From an uncultured Bacteroidota bacterium (lineage in GTDB: Bacteria; Bacteroidota; Ignavibacteria; Kryptoniales; JAKASW01): a DNA stretch of 64,000 nucleotides. The notes below the pieces were generated by a model. It worked only from the letters and a program-made list of their open reading frames with translations. It ran no database searches and was not told where the DNA came from. Position 1 is the stretch's first letter. The number at the start of each line of letters is the position of its first letter. Shown piece by piece: positions 10,673 through 20,347 of the stretch. The stretch is from positions 2,498,049-2,562,048 of the forward strand of contig CAVQQJ010000008.1 of NCBI GenBank assembly GCA_963714955.1. The letters are read 5' to 3'. The translations under genes and the position numbers were made by a program.

Positions 10673-11495
10673 ATGAAAAAGATTATAGCTTTCTCTATAG
10701 TTTTGTTGGTTTCCTCATTGACTCAGGCCCAGGTTATTGTGGCGCCAACGGTGTTATTCATGAGTGACCAGTCCAGATTCGGGACGTTCGTAGTCATGAA
10801 CCGTTCTAACACGCCGCAGGAAATATCAATCTCGTTCAGGTTTGGTTTTCCGGAATCAGATTCAGCTGGAATTACCCGGATGGAATATTCCGACACGGCC
10901 ATGGAGAGATTGCATTCTTGCCAGGAATGGCTTAAAGGCTTTCCGCAGAAATTCATTGTTAATCCGGGTCAACAGCAGGTTGTCCGTCTTCTGGTCGCAC
11001 CGCCGACAGGCATTGCCGATGGCGAGTACCTGGACCAGATTGGTGACGAGTTCCACCCCTCAAGCCAAGACGATCGATACGGTCAGGACCGGCATCACGG
11101 CGAATATCACATTCGTGCTCGAGCAAATTACGACGATCATTTACAAGCAGGGGAATGCGTCGACGACGGTGGATTTGCCAAGCATCGAAATTAGACAAGA
11201 TTCGTCGTCCGTCAACGTAGTAGCTCATGTCACGCATGGTGGAAACTCGCCGTTCTTCGGAAAGGTCACGGCAGCTGTCAAGGATAAGGCGGGGAACAAC
11301 TTGTACAGCGAAGAGCAAACGATCGCAGTTTACAGGGATAATATGTTGTTTAAGTTCTCCATACCGGCATCACGATTTCCAGAGGGTTCTTATACCGCGG
11401 ATGTCAAGTTGACTTCTGAAAGAAGCGATATTCCGGAAGACGATTTACTGAAGCTTCAGGCGGTGGAGAAAACTGTAAATTTCTCCGTCCAGTGA
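10673..11495 (+). CDS. PapD-like periplasmic pilus chaperone candidate, frame interrupted by one extra base at 11030
   Basis: Signal peptide MKKIIAFSIVLLVSSLTQA/Q. ORF 10673-11194 reads ...PPTGIADGEY, then ORF 10842-11495 continues WTRLVTSSTPQAKTIDT... from tgg at 11031 (tac-c-tgg). The joined product is ~274 aa, with two beta-sandwich-like halves. Confidence 0.6.
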
Positions 11496-11694
11496 TCCTT
11501 CCCTCGCCATCTTCGCCGGAAATTATTTAGAAAGTTTTTGTAAGACCAAGGACGGAGCGGGATATCTGTACTCGAAGGTTTTCTGGATCGGGATAATCTT
11601 CATCGTCGCCTGCATTCCTAAGGTCTCGGCACAAACAACTTTTGAGGAAGCCGAGTCCCAGGAAATCTACCTTTCCTTTAATTACAACGGTCTC

Positions 11695-14523
11695 TTGACT
11701 ACCGTTGTAACCTGCATATACCAGAATGATTCGGTTTATATTCCCATCGGAACTCTTCTCAAAGAACTCAAGATTAACGAGACTGTTGATTTGAAAGACT
11801 CCACCCTAAGTGGTTTTTTCGTTCTCTCAAGTGTTCCGTATGAAGTCAACTTTCGGAAAGGCAAAGGCAAGGTGGGGGAAAGGCTTATCGAGTTTGACAG
11901 TGCCCGGGTAATCATCGGGCAGCTCGATTTCTACGTATTGCCTTCATTAATAAAGGAGCTGTTCGATCTCGATTTTATCGTTGATTTGAGCTCGTTGACA
12001 CTCTCGCTCAATACGACCATGGAACTCCCGATTGCAACGGAATATCAGAGAGAGGCTCGACGAAGTTATGTGATAACGGCACCGGGCGCTTCCTTAATAC
12101 AGGCGCCGCTTGCTTATCCTCGAGATCGTTCGATGCTGAACGGAGGAGTCCTCGATTATTCACTCAGCGCGTTCTTGGACAAAGGAAAATCCAGTTACAA
12201 CTACGACTTTTCAGGTGGCGGCGAAGTACTTGGCGGAGAAACAGATGGATCGGTTTTCGGAAATATTTCAAGCGGAAAGTCGAGTCTTCAATCGAGTGAT
12301 CTGGGTTGGAAGTATGTTTTCGATTCTACTAACTATATAACTTATGCGGGGGCGGGCAACCTCTATTCAAATGGATTGACCCAGTATGGATTCCGGGGAG
12401 CTCAGATTTCAAATGAACCAGTTACACTAAGAACGGTTTTTAGTAATTACGCGATTGATGCCAAAACCAATCCCAACTGGGATGTGGAACTGTATCTCAA
12501 TGGGCAACTTGTCGGCTACACCAAAGCGGACGCAGGAGGAAATGCTCACTTTACCATTCCACTGGTGTACGGCACCTCGGTCATTCAACTTAAATATTAC
12601 GGCCCGAGCGGCGAAGTTGTAGAGACCGAGCGAAGACTGCAAATACCATTCACATTCGTCCCGGCCGGACAAATTACCTATACGGTCGGCGGCGGAAAAC
12701 TTAATAATAGCAATGACAATTTTCTATCCGGCGACGCCGCGATGGGAGTGGCCGATTGGCTTACGGATAAAATCGGCTCCGATTATGTTGAGGACCCGCT
12801 ATTCTCCGAGCCCCTTTTTTTTAACTCTGTTTCTGCGAGGTTTAGCTCCGAGTACATGATGAGCATCGACGCGGCACCTTCCGCGTTTTACCGTTCGGCA
12901 TTCAACGGCACGTATGCTTCCCAGACTTCGTTCGACGTAATGTACTCAAGATACGAAACCAATTTACTTTATAACCCGAGTGACAAGTTGCAGGATGCTC
13001 AGGTAGACTGTTTTGTCCCGATCGCCGTTCCAGGAGGTTCACTTAACTTGAGAGCTGTCGGCATCGGCCAGGAATACGCTGGCGGCCAACGATCATTCAG
13101 CTACTCCGGATTTGTAAACTCAAGCCTTGGCCAGTTCAACGCATCTATTGGCTATCTTCAATCAGTTTTCGAAAACGGTGGCGGCCCCTCAGTTAAAAGC
13201 TACGGTATTTCCGCCTCGGTCTTGTATTCGTTGCTGTTTGAGGAGGGAGGTTTGGCATTCCTGAACGGGGGACTCGTAGGCATGTCGACGAGGTATGGAG
13301 TGTTAAAGAATTCGCCTGACGATATACAGATGGAATTCTCGAAAAGTATCCATAGTTATTTCAGATTTCAGATTGCAGCCGAAAGGGATTTCTTGAACAA
13401 GTTTACGGTTTTCAGCCTGCAAATCATAGCCGATCTTCCATTCACACGGTCCACCACAAGTGCTCAAATTCAGAATAAGGAATCCTGGGTAACGGAGAAT
13501 ATAACCGGTTCAGTCGGATTCGACAGCAATCATAAATATTTCTCATTCAACGACCTTGGTTGGTCGGGTCATTCTGGGGCATCGGTAAGGATGTTTGTGG
13601 ACAATAACAACGACGGGGTGTACGACGATGGCGACGATCTGATCGGAGGAGGGTCGGTGATACTTCGTCAGTCCGTATTATCGGAATTATCGTCCGATGG
13701 AATTACACGGGAGTGGAACCTGTTACCTTACACCCAATACAGCGCTGACATCGACCTCAGTTCAATCAAGAATCCATTGCTGATTCCGAAGGAAAAATCG
13801 TTTTCATTTGTTACTGACCCGAATTCCTACAAGGAAATTGATGTACCATTCTTCGCCGGGGGAATAGTTGATGGTACCGTTTTGAAGACCGACGGAACGA
13901 CAACAACGGCGATCCCTGGATTGACCATTAAGATCAGATCGCTGAGCTCCGCTTTTCAAACCTCGCTATCGGTTTTCAACGATGGTACTTTTTATTATAT
14001 GGGCTTGCTGCCCGGGAGATACGAGGCTTCGGTAGATTCAAGTCAACTTGCAATGCTGGGTGTGGAAGCCGATCCGCCTGTGTTAAATTTTGAAGTCAAG
14101 AATTCAAAAAGCGGCGATTTCGTTGAAGGTCTGAAGATTATTTTGCGAGGCAAGGAGCTGAATCCAATTCCAGCTATAACCGCAACCACAACGGTTAAAA
14201 CCGATCAGCTTCCGGAAAAGCCGCCCGAGGTCAAAATTCCCCCGACGGCCGTCGTGTCAATTCCCAACAAAGAAAAATTTGTAATTCAGATCAGCGCTTT
14301 CAAAGGCCGACAAGACGCTGAGAGATTTGCAGCGAGGGCGACGAAAAAGACAAAGGAGAGACTTAATATTTCTCTGGATGAGAATTCGAAGCTCTACGTG
14401 GTCGAATCTGATACAATCGAGACGATAGAAGATGCTATGCAGAAGCTCTCTCTATTTCGCTACAAGTCTCAGTATAAGAATGCTTTTATCATGGACAGCA
14501 CAGGAAAACGTATTTTCCCTTAG
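11695..14523 (+). CDS. Usher-like outer-membrane protein with C-terminal CarboxypepD_reg-like and SPOR domains
   Basis: 942-aa ORF. An usher-type motif NWDVELYLNGQLVGYTKADAGGNAHFTIPLVYGTSVIQLKYYGPSGEVVETERRLQIPF lies at nt ~12478-12657. A long G/S/Y/F-rich barrel-like region follows. A DNNNDGVYDDGDD acidic loop is present. GIVDGTVLKTDGTT..GLLPGRYEASV looks CarboxypepD_reg-like. A Pro-rich linker precedes the SPOR-like FVIQISAFKGRQDAERFAARATKK..LYVVESD. An in-frame signal peptide (YSKVFWIGIIFIVACIPKVSA/Q) lies upstream, so the real start is probably near CTG 11566. Confidence 0.6.
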   Translation: MTTVVTCIYQNDSVYIPIGTLLKELKINETVDLKDSTLSGFFVLSSVPYEVNFRKGKGKVGERLIEFDSARVIIGQLDFYVLPSLIKELFDLDFIVDLSSLTLSLNTTMELPIATEYQREARRSYVITAPGASLIQAPLAYPRDRSMLNGGVLDYSLSAFLDKGKSSYNYDFSGGGEVLGGETDGSVFGNISSGKSSLQSSDLGWKYVFDSTNYITYAGAGNLYSNGLTQYGFRGAQISNEPVTLRTVFSNYAIDAKTNPNWDVELYLNGQLVGYTKADAGGNAHFTIPLVYGTSVIQLKYYGPSGEVVETERRLQIPFTFVPAGQITYTVGGGKLNNSNDNFLSGDAAMGVADWLTDKIGSDYVEDPLFSEPLFFNSVSARFSSEYMMSIDAAPSAFYRSAFNGTYASQTSFDVMYSRYETNLLYNPSDKLQDAQVDCFVPIAVPGGSLNLRAVGIGQEYAGGQRSFSYSGFVNSSLGQFNASIGYLQSVFENGGGPSVKSYGISASVLYSLLFEEGGLAFLNGGLVGMSTRYGVLKNSPDDIQMEFSKSIHSYFRFQIAAERDFLNKFTVFSLQIIADLPFTRSTTSAQIQNKESWVTENITGSVGFDSNHKYFSFNDLGWSGHSGASVRMFVDNNNDGVYDDGDDLIGGGSVILRQSVLSELSSDGITREWNLLPYTQYSADIDLSSIKNPLLIPKEKSFSFVTDPNSYKEIDVPFFAGGIVDGTVLKTDGTTTTAIPGLTIKIRSLSSAFQTSLSVFNDGTFYYMGLLPGRYEASVDSSQLAMLGVEADPPVLNFEVKNSKSGDFVEGLKIILRGKELNPIPAITATTTVKTDQLPEKPPEVKIPPTAVVSIPNKEKFVIQISAFKGRQDAERFAARATKKTKERLNISLDENSKLYVVESDTIETIEDAMQKLSLFRYKSQYKNAFIMDSTGKRIFP

Positions 14524-15077
14524 GGTAGAAATCGCTCGGATTAAGTAGTTAGGGGCGTTGCTTCAGACGGAACCATCTTCCCATCCAGGTCGCTGTGTCT
14601 CTTCAAGGAGTGTCTATCATATATTTTACTCATGAAGTCCCGCAACTCTTTTAAGCCGATTAGGTAATGATTACAATCTATTGTGAAGTCGCGTGAAGAG
14701 AGAGATGATTTGTTCTTCATTGACGCCGACAAGAGGTCTCAATTGGTTGGATTGAGTTTCCTATCGTTGGAAGAAAATCGAGCCCAAACGTACAGAGTAA
14801 CTTAAAAACTGCTTCTTGGATGCGCCACGGAGGGCGCGTTCGTTCCGGTAAATAGTTCTTTCCCGTTCTAATCTCCTTACGTATCATTCCTGACTATTCG
14901 TGCCTTCAATTTCGAGGCATTTAATCGCTTTTCTAGTTCGACAAGGGGCCGCGACATGGGCGGAGAACTATTTTTGATTGCCGCGGGTTAGAGTATTTAA
15001 TGAGATGAAAGCCACTGGAAATGTGGTTTGCAAAAGCACTAATGACTTGATCTTCAACTAGTTCAAGTCGGAGGGAT

Positions 15078-15431
15078 TTGAGGATAGGAGTGAAGAGCGC
15101 AATCCTATTAGGATTTCTTGGATTCCTGATGTGGGCATTCGAATTGCATGCGCAAGTGAGCACCACTGCAACCGTGACCCTAACCGTGTTACCGGCATCC
15201 GGAGTCGAACTCTTTAGTACGATTCTTGAACGCTTGTACCATTTAGAAGAGGAAGTAGGCACTGTAGAATCAGCGCGGGAATCATCTGCTGATGCTCAAT
15301 TTGTCTTCGATTCATGCAACGGAGAAGTCTCTTTGAAACCGTTGAAGGGGGATAGTATCGTTGCAGGATTACACAATCCTAAAGGCCCAAGAAGAGTGCA
15401 GATCCTAGAGATCGATTACCTAGGGAACTAA
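15078..15431 (+). CDS. Small secreted hypothetical protein
   Basis: 117-aa ORF with the signal-peptide-like N-terminus KSAILLGFLGFLMWAFELHA/Q. The mature N-terminus VSTTATVTLTVLPASG is beta-strand-like. I recognise no family. The start (TTG 15078 or GTG 15090) is uncertain. Confidence 0.4.
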   Translation: MRIGVKSAILLGFLGFLMWAFELHAQVSTTATVTLTVLPASGVELFSTILERLYHLEEEVGTVESARESSADAQFVFDSCNGEVSLKPLKGDSIVAGLHNPKGPRRVQILEIDYLGN

Positions 15432-15587
15432 GGCTCCGTTCCAACTTTTCAGCACAAATTTCCGGGAAAAATCCGTAACTCGAACGTACGATTACGTAAT
15501 GCGTCGGTGCAAATTGAAAACCCATGCACCCATTTCCTCATCCTTTTCACCAATTCAACCGGCATAATTAATGTACCATGACACTCA

Positions 15588-16061
15588 GTGGCAAACTTTA
15601 CAATAACATCCGATTTCCATAGGCTCTTTGAGACGGTTAGAATACCGTTCGTTGTCACCGACAGCGAGCTCAGTCTCATCTATGCTAATCCATATGCACA
15701 TCAGACACTTCCTCTCGACCTTGAAACCGGGAAAAGGTTGAACATTGAGGATTTTATGCAGCTGGAAGATTCCACTCCGTTCGATGCCGTGGTCAGCGAG
15801 TGCAAAGAACAGGGCGAGGGGATCGGAACGCTGAAGCAGAGAGGCACCGACAGATATTTCAGGGTCAAGGCGTATTACCTTAAGGGAACAAATTGTGAAA
15901 TAATTTTCCACTTTGATGATGTCTCTCAAGTCAGGGTTCTTGAGAATCAATTCTACGATCAGCTCGTAGATCTTTACAATCAACTAGAGACAAAAGAACG
16001 CGAAATTGCCAGCTTGAAGAGCAGTGTGCTTCAGTCGAAAGAATTGAGTCAAAGAAGCTAA
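15588..16061 (+). CDS. Stand-alone PAS-like domain protein with a C-terminal coiled coil
   Basis: 157 aa with a GTG start. The PAS-like pattern is FHRLFETVRIPFVVTDSELSLIYANPYAHQTL...YFRVKAYYL...IIFHFDDVS, followed by the heptad-like tail LENQFYDQLVDLYNQLETKEREIASLKSSV. No output domain is present. Confidence 0.5.
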   Translation: MANFTITSDFHRLFETVRIPFVVTDSELSLIYANPYAHQTLPLDLETGKRLNIEDFMQLEDSTPFDAVVSECKEQGEGIGTLKQRGTDRYFRVKAYYLKGTNCEIIFHFDDVSQVRVLENQFYDQLVDLYNQLETKEREIASLKSSVLQSKELSQRS

Positions 16062-16266
16062 GCGCCGCCCGCGCTTTTCACCCCTACTCCTGCCAGCTCT
16101 TTCCACCAACTCCATAAACCGCAGTTCCTCCAGCTAAGGGGTTGCAATCAAACATAGGGGGCTTCGAGAGTGCCACTCCTTAGTTAGTGAACGCAGTATA
16201 ATGTCAGTAGCTATGAGGTGCCCTTGGCAAGTATATACTCGACTGAATATTTCGAGTCCCCTGTTC

Positions 16267-17865
16267 TCAGTTAGGCCTCAATCTCCAATCGAGATTCGCC
16301 ACTTTCCAACCCGTCAAAAAAATTAGCTTTGCCCGCTTTTCGAGGATGGGAAAAGTGATTTTGTCGCTCGTGTCGGTTGGTTTGTGATAGTCGGGGTGGT
16401 TGCCGTCGAAGAAGAATATTACGGGTACATTTTTCTTCGCGAAATTGTAATGATCGCTGCGATAATAAAACTGGTTAGGATCGTTGTCGGAATCGAATGA
16501 ATAGTCGAGCTTTAGTCCGACCGATTGGCTGTCCGCGGCGACGAGCAAAGAATCGAGATTCTTGCTGAGTCTTGAGCTTCCGATAACGAACACATAGTTA
16601 CTATCTCGATTCACGTATGACGTATCAATCCTTCCATCCATGTCCGTATTGAGGTCGGTGACGATATTCGTCATCGGGACAGTCGGGTGACTTGTGAAGT
16701 AGTCCGAGCCGAGAAGCCCTTTTTCCTCGCCGGTCACCGTAAGAAAAATTATGCTCCTCCTAGGTCTCGTCTGCATTTTCGAATACAACTCCGCTATTCC
16801 GAGGACCGTGCTTGTTCCGGAAGCATTGTCGTCAGCACCATGGTACACTACACCGGTGGCAGTTTTTCCGAGATGGTCGTAGTGGGCAGAATAGACAACG
16901 TACTGGTCTTTCAGCGAGGGATCGGTTCCTTCAAGCATCCCTATGACATTTTCAGTTTGTCGCGTTTCGCTGACAATCTTCACGCATACCGTCACTTCGC
17001 CGAGCTGCATCGACGCCGGTGATTTCAATGAGTCTATTCTCGCGGCCACCGTCTCAACATCCGTGTTCGCAGCTTTCATCATCTGATCTGCGACTTTGTT
17101 TCTTATATAGAGAACCTGCGTCGTGGCCGGAATCCTGGCTTCCTTCGCGGGACTTGCCAGTTTCATCGTCTTGTTGCCGAAGAGTGAGCCGAATTGTTGA
17201 ACGATCCTGGCAACCTCCTTGTCGCCTCCGCGCATGACGATGAGAACGGCTGCTGCTCCGTGCCTTACGGCGTTGCTCCGTTTGTACAACGCCGTTCTAA
17301 TCATGATGTCATTCGTATCGGCAAATGCCGGATTCCCTGACATAATGACGACGATTCGTCCCTTTACATTCAATCCTTGATAGTCCGAATAAGTGCCGTC
17401 TTCGAAACCATAGCCTGCGAAGACCGCCTGCGCGGTGAGGGTCGTGTCAGCGGCGCCGAACGGCGGTACCACAACGTCACTTCCATTTTGGAAATATTTG
17501 CCGCCGGCTTCGACGAAAGAAGAATCGCTGATATAGTGCAGGTCGACATTGAAATGCTGGAGGTAACTCCCGTCGTCACCTATTGGCTTCAGACCAAATT
17601 CCTTGAACTGGCGGGCGATGAAGTCTGCAGCTTTTATCTGCCCGGGCTCGCATGTCTCGCGTCCCTCAAGAGAATCGGAAGCCAGATAATTTAGATCATG
17701 GCGAACGTGAGCGATCGGAAATTGTCTCAATGCTTCTCTGCCGGCGGCATCGTAGTTTGCCTTCGATCCGGATTGTTGATCTACAAGATTTACACCCCTC
17801 ATTGGGGCGATGGATGCGGATAAGCCAAGCAATCCGATTGTCGCATAATATCGAAGGTGAGTCAT
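16267..17865 (-). CDS. M28 family metallopeptidase (aminopeptidase) with a PA domain, secreted
   Basis: 532 aa. Zn-ligand motifs are YSAHYDHLG, GADDNASGTSTVLGIAE and TGEEKGLLGSDYF. The N-terminus is signal-peptide-like. Confidence 0.85.
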   Translation of the reverse strand: MTHLRYYATIGLLGLSASIAPMRGVNLVDQQSGSKANYDAAGREALRQFPIAHVRHDLNYLASDSLEGRETCEPGQIKAADFIARQFKEFGLKPIGDDGSYLQHFNVDLHYISDSSFVEAGGKYFQNGSDVVVPPFGAADTTLTAQAVFAGYGFEDGTYSDYQGLNVKGRIVVIMSGNPAFADTNDIMIRTALYKRSNAVRHGAAAVLIVMRGGDKEVARIVQQFGSLFGNKTMKLASPAKEARIPATTQVLYIRNKVADQMMKAANTDVETVAARIDSLKSPASMQLGEVTVCVKIVSETRQTENVIGMLEGTDPSLKDQYVVYSAHYDHLGKTATGVVYHGADDNASGTSTVLGIAELYSKMQTRPRRSIIFLTVTGEEKGLLGSDYFTSHPTVPMTNIVTDLNTDMDGRIDTSYVNRDSNYVFVIGSSRLSKNLDSLLVAADSQSVGLKLDYSFDSDNDPNQFYYRSDHYNFAKKNVPVIFFFDGNHPDYHKPTDTSDKITFPILEKRAKLIFLTGWKVANLDWRLRPN

Positions 17866-20136
17866 TTAATTGGCCATTTCTTTTTGTTTTTCGAGAGCTT
17901 CGACGGCGCATACAGCTGCAATATCCACGATTGCTTCCACGTCGCAGTTCTGTTGGAGGACATGTACCGGCTTTTTCATTCCCATCAGGATGGGGCCTAA
18001 CAGGGCCGCGCTGCCGATCTTTCCCATTAACTTGTAAGCTATGTTTCCCGCGTCCAGATTCGGGAATATGAGAGTGTTGACGCCTGTTTTGAGGTTCGAG
18101 AATGGATAAACCTCTTGAATCAACTCCGGCGAAAAGGCGATGTCGGCCTGTATTTCTCCGTCGATTATTAGATCCGAATCCAGCTTGTGTACGATTTCGA
18201 CCGCCTGCTGGACCTTGATCGATTGAGGAAGTCTGGTGCTGCCAAAAGAACTGAACGAAAGCATGGCAATCTTCGGAACAATATTGAAACGCTTCACCAC
18301 TTCGGCCGTCATAAGCGCAATTTCAGCCAATTCCTCCGCAGTCGGATCGACGTTCACAGTCGTGTCGGCAAAGAAATAAGTATCCCTCTTTGTCATTACG
18401 ATGTACACTCCGGCGACACGATTTCTGCCTTCAGCAATACCGATCACCTGGAGGGCCGGCCTGATCGTGCTCGGGTATGATTGTGTCAACCCCGATACCA
18501 AGCCGTCTGCATCGCCTGTGTGTACCATCATAGCACCCAGGAAATTCGGTCTTTCGATGTATTTGAGTGCCCGTGCACGAGTGAATCCCTTTCTTTGTCG
18601 CATCCTGAAAAGTTCATCGGCGTACTGTTCGGCTTTTTCACAGTGCTCGGGGTCGATGATTTCGATTCCTTCCAAGTCGATCTTCAATTCATGCGCCTTT
18701 ATTTCAATCTGACTTTTTCTGCCCAGGAGAACCGGTTTTGCAATTTCTTCATCGACAATCATCTGGGCAGCGTGGAGAATCTTTGGTTCTTCCCCCTCCG
18801 GGAAAACGATCCGCATACCGCCGTGTTGAGATTTTACGATTGCCGTCCGGACAACCGACCTGGTGATCCCCAGTCTCTCTTCGAGCTGGAAAACATACTT
18901 ATCCCAATCGTCGATTTGAAGCCTTGCGACTCCCGTTTCAATTGCGGCTCTCGCCACATTAGGTGCTACCCATGTAATCACTCTTGAGTCAAAAGGCTTG
19001 GGAATGATGTAGTCCCTTCCAAATTCGAGTTCGATCCCGCCGTAGGCTCTTTTCACAGAATCGGTGACCGGTTCTTTGGCGAGACCAGCGAGCGCCTTCA
19101 CAGCTGCAATCTTCATTTCTTCGTTGATGGTACGTGCCCGAACGTCCAGTGCACCCCTGAAGATAAAAGGGAAACCGAGGACATTGTTTACCTGGTTCGG
19201 ATAATCGCTGCGTCCTGTGGCCATAATTACGTCGGATCGGCACGAAGTCGCATCCTCGTAAGTTATTTCAGGGTCCGGGTTCGCCATAGCGAACACTATA
19301 GGATCCTTCGACATTGAGCGGACCATTTCTTTAGTGACTACGTTTGCAACGGAGAGCCCTACAAATACATCGGCACCGACGATCACCTGGGCAAGAGTCC
19401 GCAGGTCTGTTTCCTGCGCAAATTGTTCTTTGTAGGGATTCATGTCGATCGGCCTGCCTTTGTAAATGAGGCCTTTGGAATCGCACATGAAAATATTTTC
19501 CAGCTTCGCGCCGAGTTTCAAATATAGTTTTGAGCAAGCAATCGCCGCGGCACCGGCGCCGTTAACGACGATCTTTACTTTTGAAATGTCCTTCCCGACA
19601 ATTTCCAGTGCATTTATTAAAGCCGCCGAGCTGATGATGGCCGTGCCGTGCTGGTCGTCATGAAATACCGGTATATTCATCGATTCCTTGAGCTTCTCTT
19701 CCACATAGAAGCAATCCGGTGCTTTGATATCCTCAAGATTTATTCCGCCGAAAGTGGGTTCGAGCGCCTGCGCGACCATAACAATCTCTTCGGGTGTCTT
19801 GGAGTTTATTTCGATATCGAAAACATCGATATCCGCAAATCTCTTGAACAAAACTCCCTTGCCCTCCATGACTGGTTTGCCGGCCAACGGTCCGATGTTT
19901 CCTAACCCGAGAACGGCTGTACCGTTGGAGAGTACGGCGACCAGATTTCCTTTTGAAGTGTATTCATAAACCGCGTCCGCATTCTTGTCAATTGCCCTGC
20001 AGACTTCTCCAACTCCCGGTGTGTACGCTAAAGAAAGATCGCGCTGCGTGGCGCACGGCTTTGTGGGCACGACCTCGACCTTACCTCTTCTGCCCATCGA
20101 ATGGTATTGAAGAGCATCTTCGACTCGAATCTTCAT
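17866..20136 (-). CDS. maeB: NADP-dependent malic enzyme (malic enzyme plus PTA-like C-terminal domain)
   Basis: 756 aa. The N-terminal malic-enzyme domain shows [19 protein letters not shown] and GAGAAAIA. A ~330-aa phosphate-acetyltransferase-like C-terminal domain follows. The stop directly abuts the M28 peptidase start. Confidence 0.92.
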   Translation of the reverse strand: MKIRVEDALQYHSMGRRGKVEVVPTKPCATQRDLSLAYTPGVGEVCRAIDKNADAVYEYTSKGNLVAVLSNGTAVLGLGNIGPLAGKPVMEGKGVLFKRFADIDVFDIEINSKTPEEIVMVAQALEPTFGGINLEDIKAPDCFYVEEKLKESMNIPVFHDDQHGTAIISSAALINALEIVGKDISKVKIVVNGAGAAAIACSKLYLKLGAKLENIFMCDSKGLIYKGRPIDMNPYKEQFAQETDLRTLAQVIVGADVFVGLSVANVVTKEMVRSMSKDPIVFAMANPDPEITYEDATSCRSDVIMATGRSDYPNQVNNVLGFPFIFRGALDVRARTINEEMKIAAVKALAGLAKEPVTDSVKRAYGGIELEFGRDYIIPKPFDSRVITWVAPNVARAAIETGVARLQIDDWDKYVFQLEERLGITRSVVRTAIVKSQHGGMRIVFPEGEEPKILHAAQMIVDEEIAKPVLLGRKSQIEIKAHELKIDLEGIEIIDPEHCEKAEQYADELFRMRQRKGFTRARALKYIERPNFLGAMMVHTGDADGLVSGLTQSYPSTIRPALQVIGIAEGRNRVAGVYIVMTKRDTYFFADTTVNVDPTAEELAEIALMTAEVVKRFNIVPKIAMLSFSSFGSTRLPQSIKVQQAVEIVHKLDSDLIIDGEIQADIAFSPELIQEVYPFSNLKTGVNTLIFPNLDAGNIAYKLMGKIGSAALLGPILMGMKKPVHVLQQNCDVEAIVDIAAVCAVEALEKQKEMAN

Positions 20137-20347
20137 GACAACCTCCTTTTTGGTGTTGCGGCACGACCGCTCGATGTTTTGCGAACAGCCGTCGGAACAA
20201 TGAGCGTGTATATGAAAAGTTAGTCAGCGGAGGTTGAAAGTTCAAAGTAACAAGAAGTATTTAAGCGACAAGAATCCCACCCTGCTGTCAGGTCTACTCT
20301 CGTTGCGGGGTGTAGTTGCCTCACCGAATTGATAAGTTCTCCCAATC

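Noticed and set aside
10673-11495. Reading ORFs 10673-11194 and 10842-11495 as two genuine overlapping genes.
   Set aside because: The first ORF loses sensible sequence exactly where the second gains it (GEY / WTRLVTSS at 11030). One base joins them into a single chaperone-sized protein.
14541-14732. 63-aa minus-strand ORF downstream of the usher-like gene.
   Set aside because: It has no recognisable family, no ribosome-binding site that I could see, and is bounded closely by stops. It may be a gene remnant, so I mention it only within the island finding.
17863-17868. Zero-nt junction between maeB and the M28 peptidase, read as a sign of a functional metabolic-proteolytic operon.
   Set aside because: Tight packing alone is common in compact genomes, and no known pathway links the two.
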